The position numbers and the translations under genes were made by a program. From Dictyostelium discoideum (taxonomy: Eukaryota), in the NCBI GenBank assembly GCA_000004695.1, contig CM000155.2, forward strand, positions 1,600,001 through 1,664,000: a stretch of DNA of 64,000 nucleotides, written 5' to 3'. The notes beneath the pieces were generated by a model. It had not been told where the DNA came from. It searched no databases and worked only from the letters and a program-made list of their open reading frames with translations. This document shows positions 37,976 through 54,766 of the stretch, piece after piece. The number at the start of each line of letters is the position of its first letter. Position 1 is the stretch's first letter.

Positions 37976-38800
37976 AAAAAAAAAAAACCCTCACCCTTCC
38001 TAAACCTTGCTCTACCAACATCCCAAAATCTTTCCTTTAACCACTTATTTAAAAACTAATCTCCTTTTATATACAATGTACATTTTAAATACTCTTTAAC
38101 AATAATAATTATAATAATAATAATAATATTAAAATAATAATGATATTAAAATAATAATATTAAAATAATTATAGTAATAATAATAAAAATAATAATAATA
38201 ATAATAAAAATAATAAAATAATAATAATAATAATATATCAGCAAACAATTCCAATAGAACCAATAAATTAATGTTTAACTTGTAATATAAAATATCCTTA
38301 CCTTTGAATCTTCTATTTTTTTTTTTTTTTTTATGGGTCATTATTTGTTTACATTAATTATTAAAAATAGATTATTTCTAAATATTTATTTTGATTTATT
38401 TTTTTTAGTTATTATGTTTTTCCAAAAAAAAATTTTTTAAAAAAAGGATAAAGTAAATTAAATTGATGTAATAATTGGATTGTTTTTATTTTTCGTTTGG
38501 AAGATTTAATTTTAATAATATTATATTTAAGAGATAATTATGGACAAAATTATAAATAATATAATATAATATATAATATATAATATCATTTTAAATAAGG
38601 TTAAAAGAACACAAATTTATACATTATTATTTTAATAATTTCCAAAAAAAAAAAAAAAAAAAATCCTTAAACCAAAAAAGAAAATAAAGTTTTAAAATTA
38701 AAAAATAAAAAACCTATCGATTGATAACCAAAATATGGATAATTATCCAGAAAATTGGTTTTAAAGATTTTTTTTTTTTAAAAAATTTATTTTTAAAGGT

Positions 38801-41612
<2,812 letters not shown>

Positions 41613-42790
41613 TTTATTTGTATAGTTGGTGGTGGTGGCGGCGGTGGTGGTGGTGTGGTTTTTAATATTACGTTATATACGTATATTTTTTAATTTTTAT
41701 TTATTAAATGATTATTGTATTATTTTTAATTATTTTTTTTGTTTATTTTTTAAAATACTTATGTATTACTACATGCAGTGTTAATTTCTTTTGAAAATTA
41801 TAATTAATTAAAAAAAAAAAAACAAAAAAAAAAAAAAACTGGTGGAATGGTGATTAATAATAATAGGGTGTATTGTGTGGGGGTGAAACTTTTTTTTTTT
41901 TAATTATTTTTAAAATTATTTAAATATTATTTTGTTTGTATTATTGTTTTGTTTTGTTTATTTTTGTTTTGTTTTTCTTTTATTAACTTTTATTTGTTTT
42001 GTTTGTTTTGTTTTGTTTTTCTTTTATTATCTTTTATTAGTTTTGTTTTTTTTTGTTTTTTTTTGTTTTTTATGTGAAAAAAAAAAAAAAAAATTATTCT
42101 GTTTGTTTATATGTGAAAATTGATGTTTTATAATTGTGGTATATTATTATCTGATATGAAAAGTTTTAAATTCCAAAAGAAGATCTTAAATTAATCTCAT
42201 TGGTGTTTATAATTGTTTTAAAACTCTCTATTGAATAATGATATTTTTTACAATTTTTTTTTTTTTTTTTTTAAAAAAATTACTTTATTATTTATTTGTT
42301 TGTTTCCTATTATTATATATAATTGAAAAATAAAATAATATGAGTTAAAAAAAAAAAAAAAATTTGTAAATAAATAAAAAATAAATAAAAAAAAATTAAA
42401 ATAATAGTGAGGTGGAATATAAAATTAAATCATTATAAAAGTTCTTTGGGAATCGGTGTGAAAAAAAAAAAAGAAAAAAAGAAAAAAATAAAAAAAAAAT
42501 TCAAAGTTTTTTAAACATTTTGACTCTTGAGAAAATATCTGAAAAAAAAAAAAAATAATTAAAAAAAAATAAAAATAAAAAAAATCTGATCCAATCAAAA
42601 ATATTTCAAATAAAAAAGGAAAGAATCCAAGTATTTAACTTTTATTTATTTAATTATTTGAAAAAAAAAAAATAATGTAAAAAAAAAAAAAATTAAAAAA
42701 ATAAAAACAATATAATTGTACAAATAAAAAAAAAAAAAAAGAAAAAGAATAAAAATAATTTTATATACATAATCTACAAAAAAAAAAGAT

Positions 42791-43153
42791 TTAATCCAAA
42801 ACTATTGGATTTTCAACTGACAGGCCATCATTATTTTCAATTTTTTGAGTTTGAGACTGTTGTTGAGTTTGAGACTGTTGTTGAATTTGATGCTGTTGTT
42901 GAGTTTGAGACTGTTGTGATGATGATGCCGATGGTAATGGAGATGATTTGATATTCTTTTTTTTCTTTTGGTTGGCTAATAATTGCTCTTCATTATCATC
43001 AACATATCTTTTTAAACCAAAACTGTTATTGTTATTGTTGTTGCTGTTGTTGTTGTTGTTGCTGTTGCTGTTGTTGTTGTTGCTGTTGCTGTTGTTGTTG
43101 CTGTTGTTGTTGTTATCATTGTTGATATTGTTGCTATTGTTGTTGTTATTGTT

Positions 43154-43202
<49 letters not shown>

Positions 43203-43536
43203 TTGTTGTTGTTGTTGTTGTTGTTGTTTCCTTTGGTATCAATATTCAATTTACTACGATGTCTTGAACTACGACTATTATTGTTAATATCTTGGCTAGC
43301 ACTATTCAACAATGGAGAGAATTGATTGGAATTAGTAAAAGATAATGATTCTGATGAAAGAAATTCTGATGAGGATGATAAAGATTCCATCGAGGAACTT
43401 GAAAAGGATGTTGGTGAATAGTTTGAAAAAGAACTTGAAGAAACTGAAATAGGGGTAAGCGATACTGGCGAGTTATGTGAAGTTTGAGTGCTACTCAAAA
43501 TATTTGGTCCAAATTGTGTATTATTTTTAGTAATAC

Positions 43537-43582
<46 letters not shown>

Positions 43583-43710
43583 ATCATTATTATTATTATT
43601 AATATTATTATTATTATTTTTAAGATGATTGAAACCATTATTGAAACTGTCAAAACTATTATTACCTCTATTAATACTATTGTTATGGGTATTGAAATTA
43701 TTGAAAAGAC

Positions 43711-43747
<37 letters not shown>

Positions 43748-43812
43748 GCTATTGCTATTGCTATTATCATTATTATTGCTATTATAATTATTATTATTGC
43801 TATTATTATTGC

Positions 43813-43882
<70 letters not shown>

Positions 43883-44232
43883 TTGATTAAAATTAAAAGT
43901 ATTGTGACCAAATACATGATCATTATTACCACTATTGTTATTGTTACTATTGGTGGCACCATGTCCAAAAGGATTTTGATAATTATTAGCTAAACCATTA
44001 CTATTGTTATTACTATAATTTGAAAAGGAAAACCTATTCAAGAATTGATAATTTGAATTTGGTATAGATTGATTATTTAAGAAAGGGATTGGATGTGGTG
44101 CATTCGAAATATTAAAAGGTGGATGATTATATTGAAAGTGATTGGCATAACTACTAGTCAAACCATTACCATTATTATTATTATTATTATTATTATTGTT
44201 GTTGGTATTGTTATTGATACTATTATTATTAC

Positions 44233-44315
<83 letters not shown>

Positions 44316-44619
44316 TTATTTTTATTATTATTATTACTATTATTATTATTGTTATTAATATTATTAAAATTTGAAGAAGTAGTAGTGGTAGTCGTTGTTC
44401 TATTTCCATTAAAGCTAGTGTTGTTATTATTATTACTATTATTATTATTGTTATTGCCAATAATGCCATTTATATTGCCATTACCATTATTATTATTTCC
44501 ATTTATATTACCATTATTATTACTATTGTTATTGTAACTATTTATAACCATTTGGTTGCCATTAAAATCACTGAAATCATTACTTCCATTATTGTTGTTA
44601 CGATTATGATTTGCATTTA

Positions 44620-44689
<70 letters not shown>

Positions 44690-45431
44690 CATCTCATTAA
44701 TACTGCCACCATTTGAGCCAATGTTACCAATATTATTGTTGTTATTGTTATTGCTATTATTCATGTTATTGATACAATGATTATTGTTATTTTCATTGGT
44801 AAACCCATTATTAGGGATAAAATGGTTATGATCACTACTTTGGTTATGAATACTATTGATATTGTTGTTGTTAATGTTATTGTTGTTATTATTGTTATTG
44901 TTGTAGTTATTGTTGTTATTATTATGAGTGTCACTACTGCTTGTATTGTGATGTTGGGAAGGTATTGATAAAGGATGATAGTCTCTAAAGTTTAGTTTCT
45001 CTTGTTGTTGATCTTCCATTTGTTGTAGTTGTTGCTGTTGAATTTTTTGAATGTGTTCTTGAATTCTCTGATGAAACGATGCATTATTCATATAATAGTT
45101 ACCACCATTATACATACTATTATTATTTATCAAATCCATTAAACCATTGCAATAACTTCCATAATTACTATCATTACTAAAATCTGTATTATTAAAGCTA
45201 TTGTTGTTTGCCCCAAATTGATTACCATTATTATTGCTATTATTAAAATTATTACCATAATTATTAAAACCATTAAATCCATTATTATTATTATTATTAT
45301 TATTAATATTATTATTATTTACATTATTATAACTATTATTATTATTATTATCATCATTAATATTATCATTATTATTAAAACCATTATTAAAATTATTATT
45401 ATAACTATTATTATTACTATTATTATTATAA

Positions 45432-45472
<41 letters not shown>

Positions 45473-45643
45473 TCTATTATTTCTATTATTATTATTATTA
45501 TTATTATTGTTATTGTTACTATTATTAAAACTAAAATTATTATTACTATTATTATTATTTTTGTAATTGTTATTATTATAATTATTATTATTATTATTAT
45601 CATGATTATAATTATTATTATGATTATTATTGTTATTGTTATA

Positions 45644-45699
<56 letters not shown>

Positions 45700-47086
45700 G
45701 ATTATTATTACCATATAAATTATTATTATTATTATTTAAATTATTATTATTTAAATTAACTTTTTGTTGTTTTAATCTTAAAATATATTGTTTTAATAAT
45801 TGATTAACTTCATAGACTTCTTTGTAAATGTGGTTTGGAACTGAAGTTTGTAAAACTAATTTTTGATATTGAATTTGTTGCTGTTCAGCTTTCAATATCA
45901 AATATTGTAAATCTACATCCACAACCTGTTGAGTTTGTAAAGCTGCTTGTTGAGAAGATGACCTTTTTGGTACCAAAATAGAATTTGGCGGTATAATATC
46001 ATAACTTCCATTATTATTATTACAATTATTTGTTTTTTGATGTTGTTTTGATATTTTAACTGGTCTACTAACTAAACAATTAATTATATCATCCAAAGGT
46101 GGTGATGCTATAGGATCCTCAAAAAACCATGGATGATTTAATGCTTCTTTTGTTGATATCCTATTTTTTGGACATAATGTTAACATTCTTAAAATTATAT
46201 CCAATGTAGAATTTGAAAAACTATATTTAAAAAAAGAATTTGTTAGAGGAAGAAAAAAAAAAAAAAAAAAAAACCAGAATAAAATTAAATATAATAATAT
46301 TTGTTACCTTTTGAATTTTGAAATATCTTTTAAAGATTTTGAAGGATATTTTTTAGATTTTGAACCTAAATATGGAGAATAACCTGATAATTTTGAAATA
46401 CCAGGCCAATTTTTTTCAGTTGGAGTTCCAAAAGTTTTAAAGATTAATTCCAATTGTAAAGAGTCGTTTGAACCTGCAAACATATAAAATCCAGTTAACA
46501 TCTCCACTATAATACAACCAACACTCCAAATATCGACTTCTGGTCCATAGTTCCTACTTCCCATTAATAATTCTGGTGGTCTATAAAATAATGATATAAC
46601 TTGATGAGCTAAATGAGGATTTCCAATATATGTCGTAAATCCAAAATCTGCTATCTTTAAATCGAACCTTGGGTTAATTAATAAATTTGATGCTATAATT
46701 TAAAAATTTTTTAAAAAAAAAAAAAAAAAAACAATAAAGTAAATAAAAAAGTATTTTGTGTGTTTTGTTTTGTTTTTTTTTTTTTTTTTTTTAATTAGTA
46801 AGTATGCTCAATTACAAGAAATCGAAGTTACCACGAATATAAAAAAACATTAAGTCTTTTTACAATACAATTCATTTTTTTAAAAGAAACATACGTTTAA
46901 TATCCAAATGCATAATCTTTTGACTATGCAATTCATCTAAACCTTCCAATAATTGGTGAATAAAAAATTTCGTGCATGATAATGTCATATATTTATTTTT
47001 GGGTGATATAAATTTCCAAAGATCATATTCTAAATATTCAAATACCATAACCAATTTATCATCTAATTAATAATAATAATATTAAT

Positions 47087-47117
<31 letters not shown>

Positions 47118-47510
47118 AAAAAAAAAAAACCTCATTTTTAAATGTCATACCGTTTGAATAAAAGTATTCTATTAAATGTACAATGTTTTTACAATCTCTT
47201 AATTTCATTAAATATTTAACTTCAACTGGTAACTATTTTATTATTATTATTATTATTATTATTATAATAAAAAAATATATTAGTAATTATTCTTTTTTTT
47301 ATTATTATTTAGTGTGTCCTTTTGTATTTCTATTTCTATTTCTCTCTCTTTTGATCTATATATATAAATATGATTACATACACCATTTTCAATATTCATA
47401 ACTGATATAATCTTTAATGCAACTGTACATTTTGAAAGATTATGAATTGCTTTATAAACTTTACCATAAGATCCAGATCCTATGAGTTCAATAATCTGAA
47501 AAGAGTTCAT
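42791..47510 (-). CDS. CDK-like (CMGC group) serine/threonine protein kinase with ~1000-aa poly-Asn-rich C-terminal tail, 5 exons
   Basis: Exon 1 47510..~47382 (GSGSYGKVYKA…VALK). Exon 2 ~47232..47151 (LPVEVKYLMKLRDCKNIVHLIEYFYSN). Exon 3 ~47062..46895 (…IMHLDIK). Exon 4 ~46692..46308 (PSNLLIN…DFGFT…YRPPELLMG…DIWSVGCI…). Exon 5 ~46220..42791 (…DIILRMLTLCPKNRISTKEALNHPWF, then very long N/Q/S-rich tail). All junctions are GT-AG with consistent phases. Confidence 0.85.
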
Positions 47511-47689
47511 CTTCCTCGAGGAATATATTCTCTCTTCGATTTAAAAACTACTTCTGTAATTGTGTGGTCTGGTCTATTAAAAAAAAAAAAAAAAAAGTGA
47601 ACCCTAAAAAGAATAGGCTTCACTTTTTTTTTTTTTTTTCTTGTCTTTAAACGAATGTTTTATTTTATATTATTATTATTTTTTTTTTT

Positions 47690-47735
<46 letters not shown>

Positions 47736-48079
47736 GTGAGGAAATATATAAACTATACAGAAGAAAATTTATGAGTTAAAAAAAAAAAAAAAAAAGGAAA
47801 TAGCTTTGAAAGGAATATAGTTTAACAATGTGTTGATTTTTATTTTTATTTTTTATTTTATTTTATTTATTTATTTATTTTTTATTTATTTTTTTTTTTT
47901 TTTTTTGAAACTGTATTTAATTTTTTTATTTATATTTTTTTTTTTCTTTTATTTTTTTTTTTTATTTTATTTTTTTATATAAATAAATATATTTATTACT
48001 ATTGTTTTTTGTATTGCTGGGTTTCGTGTGAAAAAAACAAAAAAAAAAAAAAAACAAAAAAAGAAAGATAAAATGCCAA

Positions 48080-48120
<41 letters not shown>

Positions 48121-48288
48121 TAAAACGCAAGTGGCACGTGCCAAAAAAAAAAAAATAAAAAAATAAAAAATATATATGAATATTAAAATTATAATGCACT
48201 TAAAAAAAATTATTTATAAAAAAAAAAAAAGATTGTGATAATTTTTTTCTATTTAAATAAATATTTATATTGAGAAAAAAAAAATAAA

Positions 48289-48320
<32 letters not shown>

Positions 48321-49122
48321 TAAAAAGTGTTGGGTTTTTGATTTTCTTTTTTTTTTTTTTTTTTTTTTATTTACATTTAAAAAAATTATTATTGATATTA
48401 AAATGCAATGATTATTATTTTTTTTTTTTTTTTGTGTCGTTTTTTATGGGTTGGATATTTTAAAAATATGGGTGGGTCAGTGGTGTATATGTGGAATAAA
48501 TCCTCATTAATAAAACGATTATTTTTAGTTTTATTGAGGAAAAAAAAAGTCAAAATAAAAAGAGTTTTTACTGGAATGGGCATTTTGTAATTTTAATTTT
48601 TTTTTTTAAAAAAAAAAAAAAAAAATTGATTAAGGTTATATGGAAAATTTCAAATAAAAGAAGTAAGTTCCCCTAAATTTTTTTTTTCAAATTTCCCCCA
48701 CCATTTTTTTTCAAATCTCGATAAAATAATTTTTTAATTTTTATGTAAATATGCCCAAAATCCCCGTGCTCAAGTGAAAATCGCACGTGCTTTACATGTT
48801 TTTTGGTGATGGATTAAATTTTAAATGTTATTTTTTTTTTTATTTTTTTAATCCCAACACAACAACCTCCGAACTTTTGATATTTTAAAAAGTTTTTTAG
48901 ACAAATAAAAAAAAAAATAAAAAAAAATAAATAAATAATTAAAAAATTAAAAAATAATGAAAAAAAAATAAAAAATGAAATAATAAAAAAAAATAATATG
49001 AAAAAATAATAAAAATAATAATAATTTAAAAAAAAAAAAAATTATTTATATCTTCATTTTAAAAAACAATTACTTTTTATTACTTTTTAATTTTTAATGA
49101 AAAATTAAAGTCTATAAGTAGG

Positions 49123-49158
<36 letters not shown>

Positions 49159-49476
49159 ATCTCCTTTTTTTAAAAAAAAAAATAAAGAAATGCAATTGGA
49201 GTTTCATAATATAACCAATGTTTTTATAAATCTATAAAACCTCCTGACATATTTAAACATTTTTTGTTTTTTAAAAATTTTTTTTTTTTTTTTTTTTTTC
49301 CCACATGACCTCACTTGTAAAAATTCAATCTCGATTAGTTATTTCCCTTACTTGTAAATAAATTTATTTGAAAGTTTTTATTATGGGAAAAAATAAAAAA
49401 ATAAAATAAAATAAAAAAAAAAAAAATAATATAAAAAAAAAAAAAAACATCATTTTTTTTGAGATATAAATTAACA

Positions 49477-49508
<32 letters not shown>

Positions 49509-49564
49509 ATCATTTATTTATTTTAAATATGTTATTTTTTTTATTTTTTATTTTTTATTTTTTT

Positions 49565-50758
49565 TTATACATTTGTTAATGGACCAAAAATTTCATAAGA
49601 AATATTTTCTTTTGGATAACCTAATTCAATTAATTGTTTATTAATTGCAGACATAAAAGATACTGGACCACAGATGAAAACTTTAGTATCTTTAATTTGA
49701 GAAGGATTGATGAATTTTTCTAATTTATCTTTGGTGATTTGACCATCAGTTTCAGAATGAACAGTTGATACCTTTACTTTATTTGATTTTTCCAATTGGG
49801 ATAATTCATTTGCAAATGGTTGATATTGTTTGTTCTTTGAAGAGTGAACAAAGGTGACTTCTCTTTCTGGTTGTTTAGCTAAAGTTGCCTTTGCCATACT
49901 TAATAATGGAGTGATACCAACACCACCACTAACCAAAAGGATTGGATTGCTTGATAATTGGTCGACTACATAGTCACCAGCTGGAGGGGAGAGTAAAACT
50001 TTATCGCCAACCTTAACATTTGCATGCAAATGATTTGAAACTACACCATTTGGATCAGACTTTTTGAGGGCGTCTTCTTTCTTTACACTAATACGATAGT
50101 ATTGTTCGGATGGTGTGTCTGATAAACTGTAATGTCTGATGTGAGTTCTTTGTTCACCATTCTCTAAAGTTAATGGTACCTTAATGGTAATGTATTGGCC
50201 TGGAATATAGGTTGCAATTGGTTTACCATCGGCTGGTTTAAAGTAGAATGAAATGATATTGGACGACTCTTCAACCTTTCTATCGACAATGAATTCACGA
50301 GTATCTCTCCAACCTCCAATTTGCTCCTCTGTAACTTTATATAAAGCGGCTTCAGCATCAATGAAAGCTTGAGCAATTACACCATAAGCTTCACCCCATG
50401 CACCTAAAATCTCATCAGTGGCAGCATCTTGAAGAACTTCTTTAATTGCACCCAATAAATTTGTACCAACAATTGGATAATGTTCTGGTAATACACCCAA
50501 TGCAACATGTTTATGAACGATTGGAGCTAAATTTAATTCATTCAATTTATCAATATGAATGGCAGCTTGTAAAACTGTATTTGCTAAAGCATTTTGTTGT
50601 TTTCCTTCTCTTTGATTTGAATGATTGAAAATATTTAAAAGTTGTGGATTAGCTTTAAACATATTTCTATAGAAGGTTGTAGTGATATTAACTCCATGGA
50701 CTTGTAAAACAGGTACTGTTGCTTTAATAATTGAAATTGATTGTTGACTTAAAGACAT
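49565..50758 (-). CDS. fhbA: flavohemoglobin (globin + FAD/NAD-binding reductase; NO dioxygenase), single exon, 397 aa
   Basis: Globin domain (…PIVHKHVALGVLPEHYPIVG…). FNR-like module with RHYS FAD-binding motif (THIRHYSLSD), GGVGITP, ICGP. The 397-aa length matches what I recall for Dictyostelium DdFHa; symbol assignment is from memory, not a search. Confidence 0.88.
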   Translation of the reverse strand: MSLSQQSISIIKATVPVLQVHGVNITTTFYRNMFKANPQLLNIFNHSNQREGKQQNALANTVLQAAIHIDKLNELNLAPIVHKHVALGVLPEHYPIVGTNLLGAIKEVLQDAATDEILGAWGEAYGVIAQAFIDAEAALYKVTEEQIGGWRDTREFIVDRKVEESSNIISFYFKPADGKPIATYIPGQYITIKVPLTLENGEQRTHIRHYSLSDTPSEQYYRISVKKEDALKKSDPNGVVSNHLHANVKVGDKVLLSPPAGDYVVDQLSSNPILLVSGGVGITPLLSMAKATLAKQPEREVTFVHSSKNKQYQPFANELSQLEKSNKVKVSTVHSETDGQITKDKLEKFINPSQIKDTKVFICGPVSFMSAINKQLIELGYPKENISYEIFGPLTNV

Positions 50759-51121
50759 TTTTTTTTTTTTTTTTTATTTGTTTGTTTTTTTTTTTTTTTT
50801 AATAAATAAATAAATAAATAATAATATTATATGTTTAAAATATAAAATTAAATTTGTAAAATAAAATTTTTTTTTTTTTTTTAATTAATTTGGAATGAAA
50901 AGAAAAATTTATTTTTAATCATTTTATTTGAAAATAAAAAATAAAAAATAAAAAATAAAAAAATAAAAAATTAAAAAAAAAACCAAAAAAAATCAAAAAA
51001 AAATCAAAAAAAATCAAAATCATCACGAAATTTTGTTTAAATTTAAAATATACACAAATTTAGTTATCGTTTTGTTAATATCATATGATATTTTTTTTTT
51101 TTTTATCACAAAAATTTTTTT

Positions 51122-51193
51122 CGTTAAAGAGGAATTCACAAAAACCTTACCCAATTTTTTCGTTAAAGAGGAATTCACAAAAACCTTACCCAA
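51122..51193. repeat. tandem direct repeat, 2 x ~39 bp (TTTTTTCGTTAAAGAGGAATTCACAAAAACCTTACCCAA), relatively GC-rich, in fhbA upstream / fhbB downstream intergenic
   Basis: Two identical 33-bp cores (51122-51154 and 51161-51193) each preceded by T6. Confidence 0.9.
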
Positions 51194-51480
51194 TTTTTTT
51201 TTTTTTTTTAAATTTTTTTTTTTAAACTTTTAAATGGAACCATATTATATTTGATTTCCAAATATAGATATTAATAGATTAGATTAATTTTTTTTTTTTT
51301 TGTTAAAAAAAAAATATTATAATATTTTTAAAAAATAAATTAAAAAAAAAAAAATAATTAGACATAAATATCGATTATTAATAATTAAATTATTATTTCC
51401 AATTTTTTTTTTTTTTTTTTTTTCCTTATACCAAAAAATTAAAAATATCTTTTAAATTATTTTATTTTTATTTTTATTTT

Positions 51481-51511
<31 letters not shown>

Positions 51512-51519
51512 TATTTAAA

Positions 51520-52908
51520 TTAATTTTCAATAATATTTTTTACACCTCTTAACATTTGATTTTCTTCGAGGACTGGAGTTAATGGACCAAATAATTCATA
51601 ATGTACATTTTCTTTATGGAAACCTAATTGTAATAAATCTTTGTTAACTTGCATCATAAAAGGTACAGGACCACAAATGTAAACGTCGGTTTCAGCGATT
51701 TCAGCTTGATCAACATGTTGAGTTGAATATTTTTCAATGATTTCTTTATTGATATGACCTTGATTTTCAGAGTATACTAAATTGATTTTAAGATTACCAG
51801 TTTCTTTATAATCGTCTTCCAATTGTTTAAGTTCCTCTTTAAATGGTTGACTTGATTCGCAATGAGTTGAGAAAATGAAATTTATTTTTCTATCTGGTTG
51901 TTGGACCAATGTCTCTTTAAGCATACTAAATAACGGGTTAATACCAACACCACCACAAATTAAAAGGATTGGAGTCTCAGAATCGTTATTTACCACGAAA
52001 TCGCCTGCTGGGACCGACATTGGTACTACATCACCCACTTTAATATTATTATGAAAATGATTTGATACTATACCATTTGGTGTATTCTTACCGAGTTCTT
52101 TCTTTATTGAAATACGATAGTATTCATCATTTGGTTTATCTGATAAACTGTAATGTCTGACATAAGTTCTCATCTTATCAGTTGGTACATCAACACCATC
52201 ACCCGGTAATGTAATCTTTACAGTAATATATTGTCCAGGAATATAAGTAGCTATCTCTTTACCATCATATGCTTTAAAGTAAAATGATTTAATTAATGGT
52301 GTCTCTTCTTCAATTCTATCAACTACAAACTCTCTCGTATCTTTCCAACCACCAATTTGTTCCTCAGTCTCAAAGTATAAATCTTCTTCTGCATCCATAA
52401 ATGCTTGTGCAACTGCTCTATATGCCTCAGTCCATGCAGCTATAAATAATTAAATTAAAAAAATTAAAAAAAAATATAAAATATATTAATATAATTTAAA
52501 TTATTATTATTATTATTATTTACTATTATTTATAAATAAATAAATAAATAATTTACCCATAATTTCAGGAGTTGCTTCATCTTGCATTACAGTTTTCATA
52601 GCACCCAATAAATGAGCACCAACAATTGGATACATTTCAGGTGTAATACCTAATGCAACGTGTTTATGAACGATTGGCATTAAATTGATTTCATTTAATT
52701 TTTCAATATGAATTGCAGATTGTAAAATTGTATTGGCCAAAGCCACCGGTTGTTTCTGATTTCTTTGATTTGAATGATTGAATATATTTAAAAATTGTGG
52801 TTGTGCTTCAAACATATTCTTATAGAAGAGGCTAGTGATCTCAACTCCATATTTCTCCAAAAGTGGTACAGTTGATTTAATTATTTGAATTGATTTTTGA
52901 CTTAACAT
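51520..52908 (-). CDS. fhbB: flavohemoglobin paralog, 2 exons, 423 aa
   Basis: Exon 1 52908..52557 (MLSQKSIQIIK…TPEIMG, donor GTAAAT). Intron 52440-52556 (117 nt). Exon 2 52439..51520 (AAWTEAYRAVAQAF…RHYSLSD…GGVGINP…ICGP…). Total 1272 nt including the stop = 423 aa. Tandem with and ~60% identical to the 397-aa gene. Confidence 0.88.
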
Positions 52909-53441
52909 TATATTTATATTTACTTATATATTTATTTTTTATTTGATTATAAATTTTATATATGTTTTTTTTTTTTTTTTTTTGATTTTAAGATTCTTTT
53001 TGAATATAAAGTTTTTAAAAGAAAAAGAAAAAAAAAAGGTTTTTTAAAAGAATAATTAATAAAAAAAGAAAAAAAGAAAAAAAGAAAAAAAAAAAAAAAC
53101 TATTACAAAATGATTAAAACTTAAACAAAAATTAAAAAAAAAAAAATAAAAAAAAAAAAAACTGATTTTTTAATTTAACTGAAAAACCTGCAAAAATCAT
53201 TTTCTATCAATTGAAGGAAATTTCAATGGAAAACATGTGAGACACTATGTAATATATCAATTGGTGAACGCCAAAATTAAATGAATGATCAACCAAAGTA
53301 GTATTTAATGATGGGAAAAAACCGCTGAAATTGTTTTATATGTAAAACTATGAGGAGAGTACACACTTTTTTTTTTATTTATTTTTTTTTTTTTATTAAA
53401 TTACGAAATGTGTTCGTTTTTTTTTTTTTTTCATTTTTTTT

Positions 53442-53849
53442 TTATTTTGGACTGATTTTTTTTTTATTAGAGATGGAAACATCAAGAAATGCATTGAATA
53501 ATTGCTGAGAATTCATTACTTGTTGATGATTATCCTCTTCTTCACTACTACTATTAATTTGATAATCATCATCATCATCATCATCACTATCCACTTTTTT
53601 TTTATTTTTATTATTATTATTATTGTTATTATTATTATTATTTTTGTTACCATTATTATTGGAATTTAATTTTTTATTTGGCTTTGGTTTACTCTTTATA
53701 GTTTTAATAGTTGGTTGTTTATTATTATTATTGTTATTATTATTTTCTATTTCATCATAATCTGAATCATTAATTGTTGGTTTTTGTTTATTATATTTTG
53801 CTTTTAGTGGTGTCCATCTAATCCAGTCATCATTATTTTCTTTTGTAGG

Positions 53850-53905
<56 letters not shown>

Positions 53906-54717
53906 CATCATCAGTACCTTCATTATTATTTTTATCAGTATCAATTTGTGATTTATTTAAAGTTTCAATAATAAATTGTTCTAATCTTTTCTTTAATACT
54001 TGTTTATCACCTTCAGTTGGGAGACCATTTTTCTCTAATGCATCTTTTAATTCTGGTTTTGACATTGTGTCAGTATCAAATTCCTCTTCTTCCTCTTCTT
54101 TACAATCAAAAATATTATATAGTTGATTATTTATAATTTTCTATTTATAATTTTAAAATTGATTTAATTTAATTAATTAATTTTAAAAAATATAAAAATA
54201 AGTATTTATATGGATAAAAAAAAAAAAAAAAAAAAAAAAATCCATACCAATGGTGATTCATTTTTAATTGGACTATTTTGATTTGTATTGATATAATATT
54301 TAAATTGATTTTTTTCTTTTCTTTCAATGAAACCAATTTGATTTACTGGATTAAATGATACTTTTTTATTGTTGTTGTTACTATTATTTACATTTATATC
54401 ATTTAATTGTTTTTGTTGTTCAGCCGATTGTTTTCTAGTAGTAATTTTCTTTTTTGTAATTTCTAATTTTTCAACTTTGTTTACTATTTCTGTGGTAATG
54501 TGATTAAAAAAAAAAAATAAAAAAAAAAAAAAAAAAGTCAATAAAATAATTTATTATTATTACATTAAATTATTTATAAATATAATTTACATACCATTCA
54601 TATTATTTACATTATTTTCTTTGTTATTTTCATCATTAGCTTTCTTTAAAATTGATTTGATTTGGTGTTGTTGTTGTGGTTGTTCAATTATTGTTGGTAT
54701 TGGCTTTTGAGATATAG

Positions 54718-54766
<49 letters not shown>

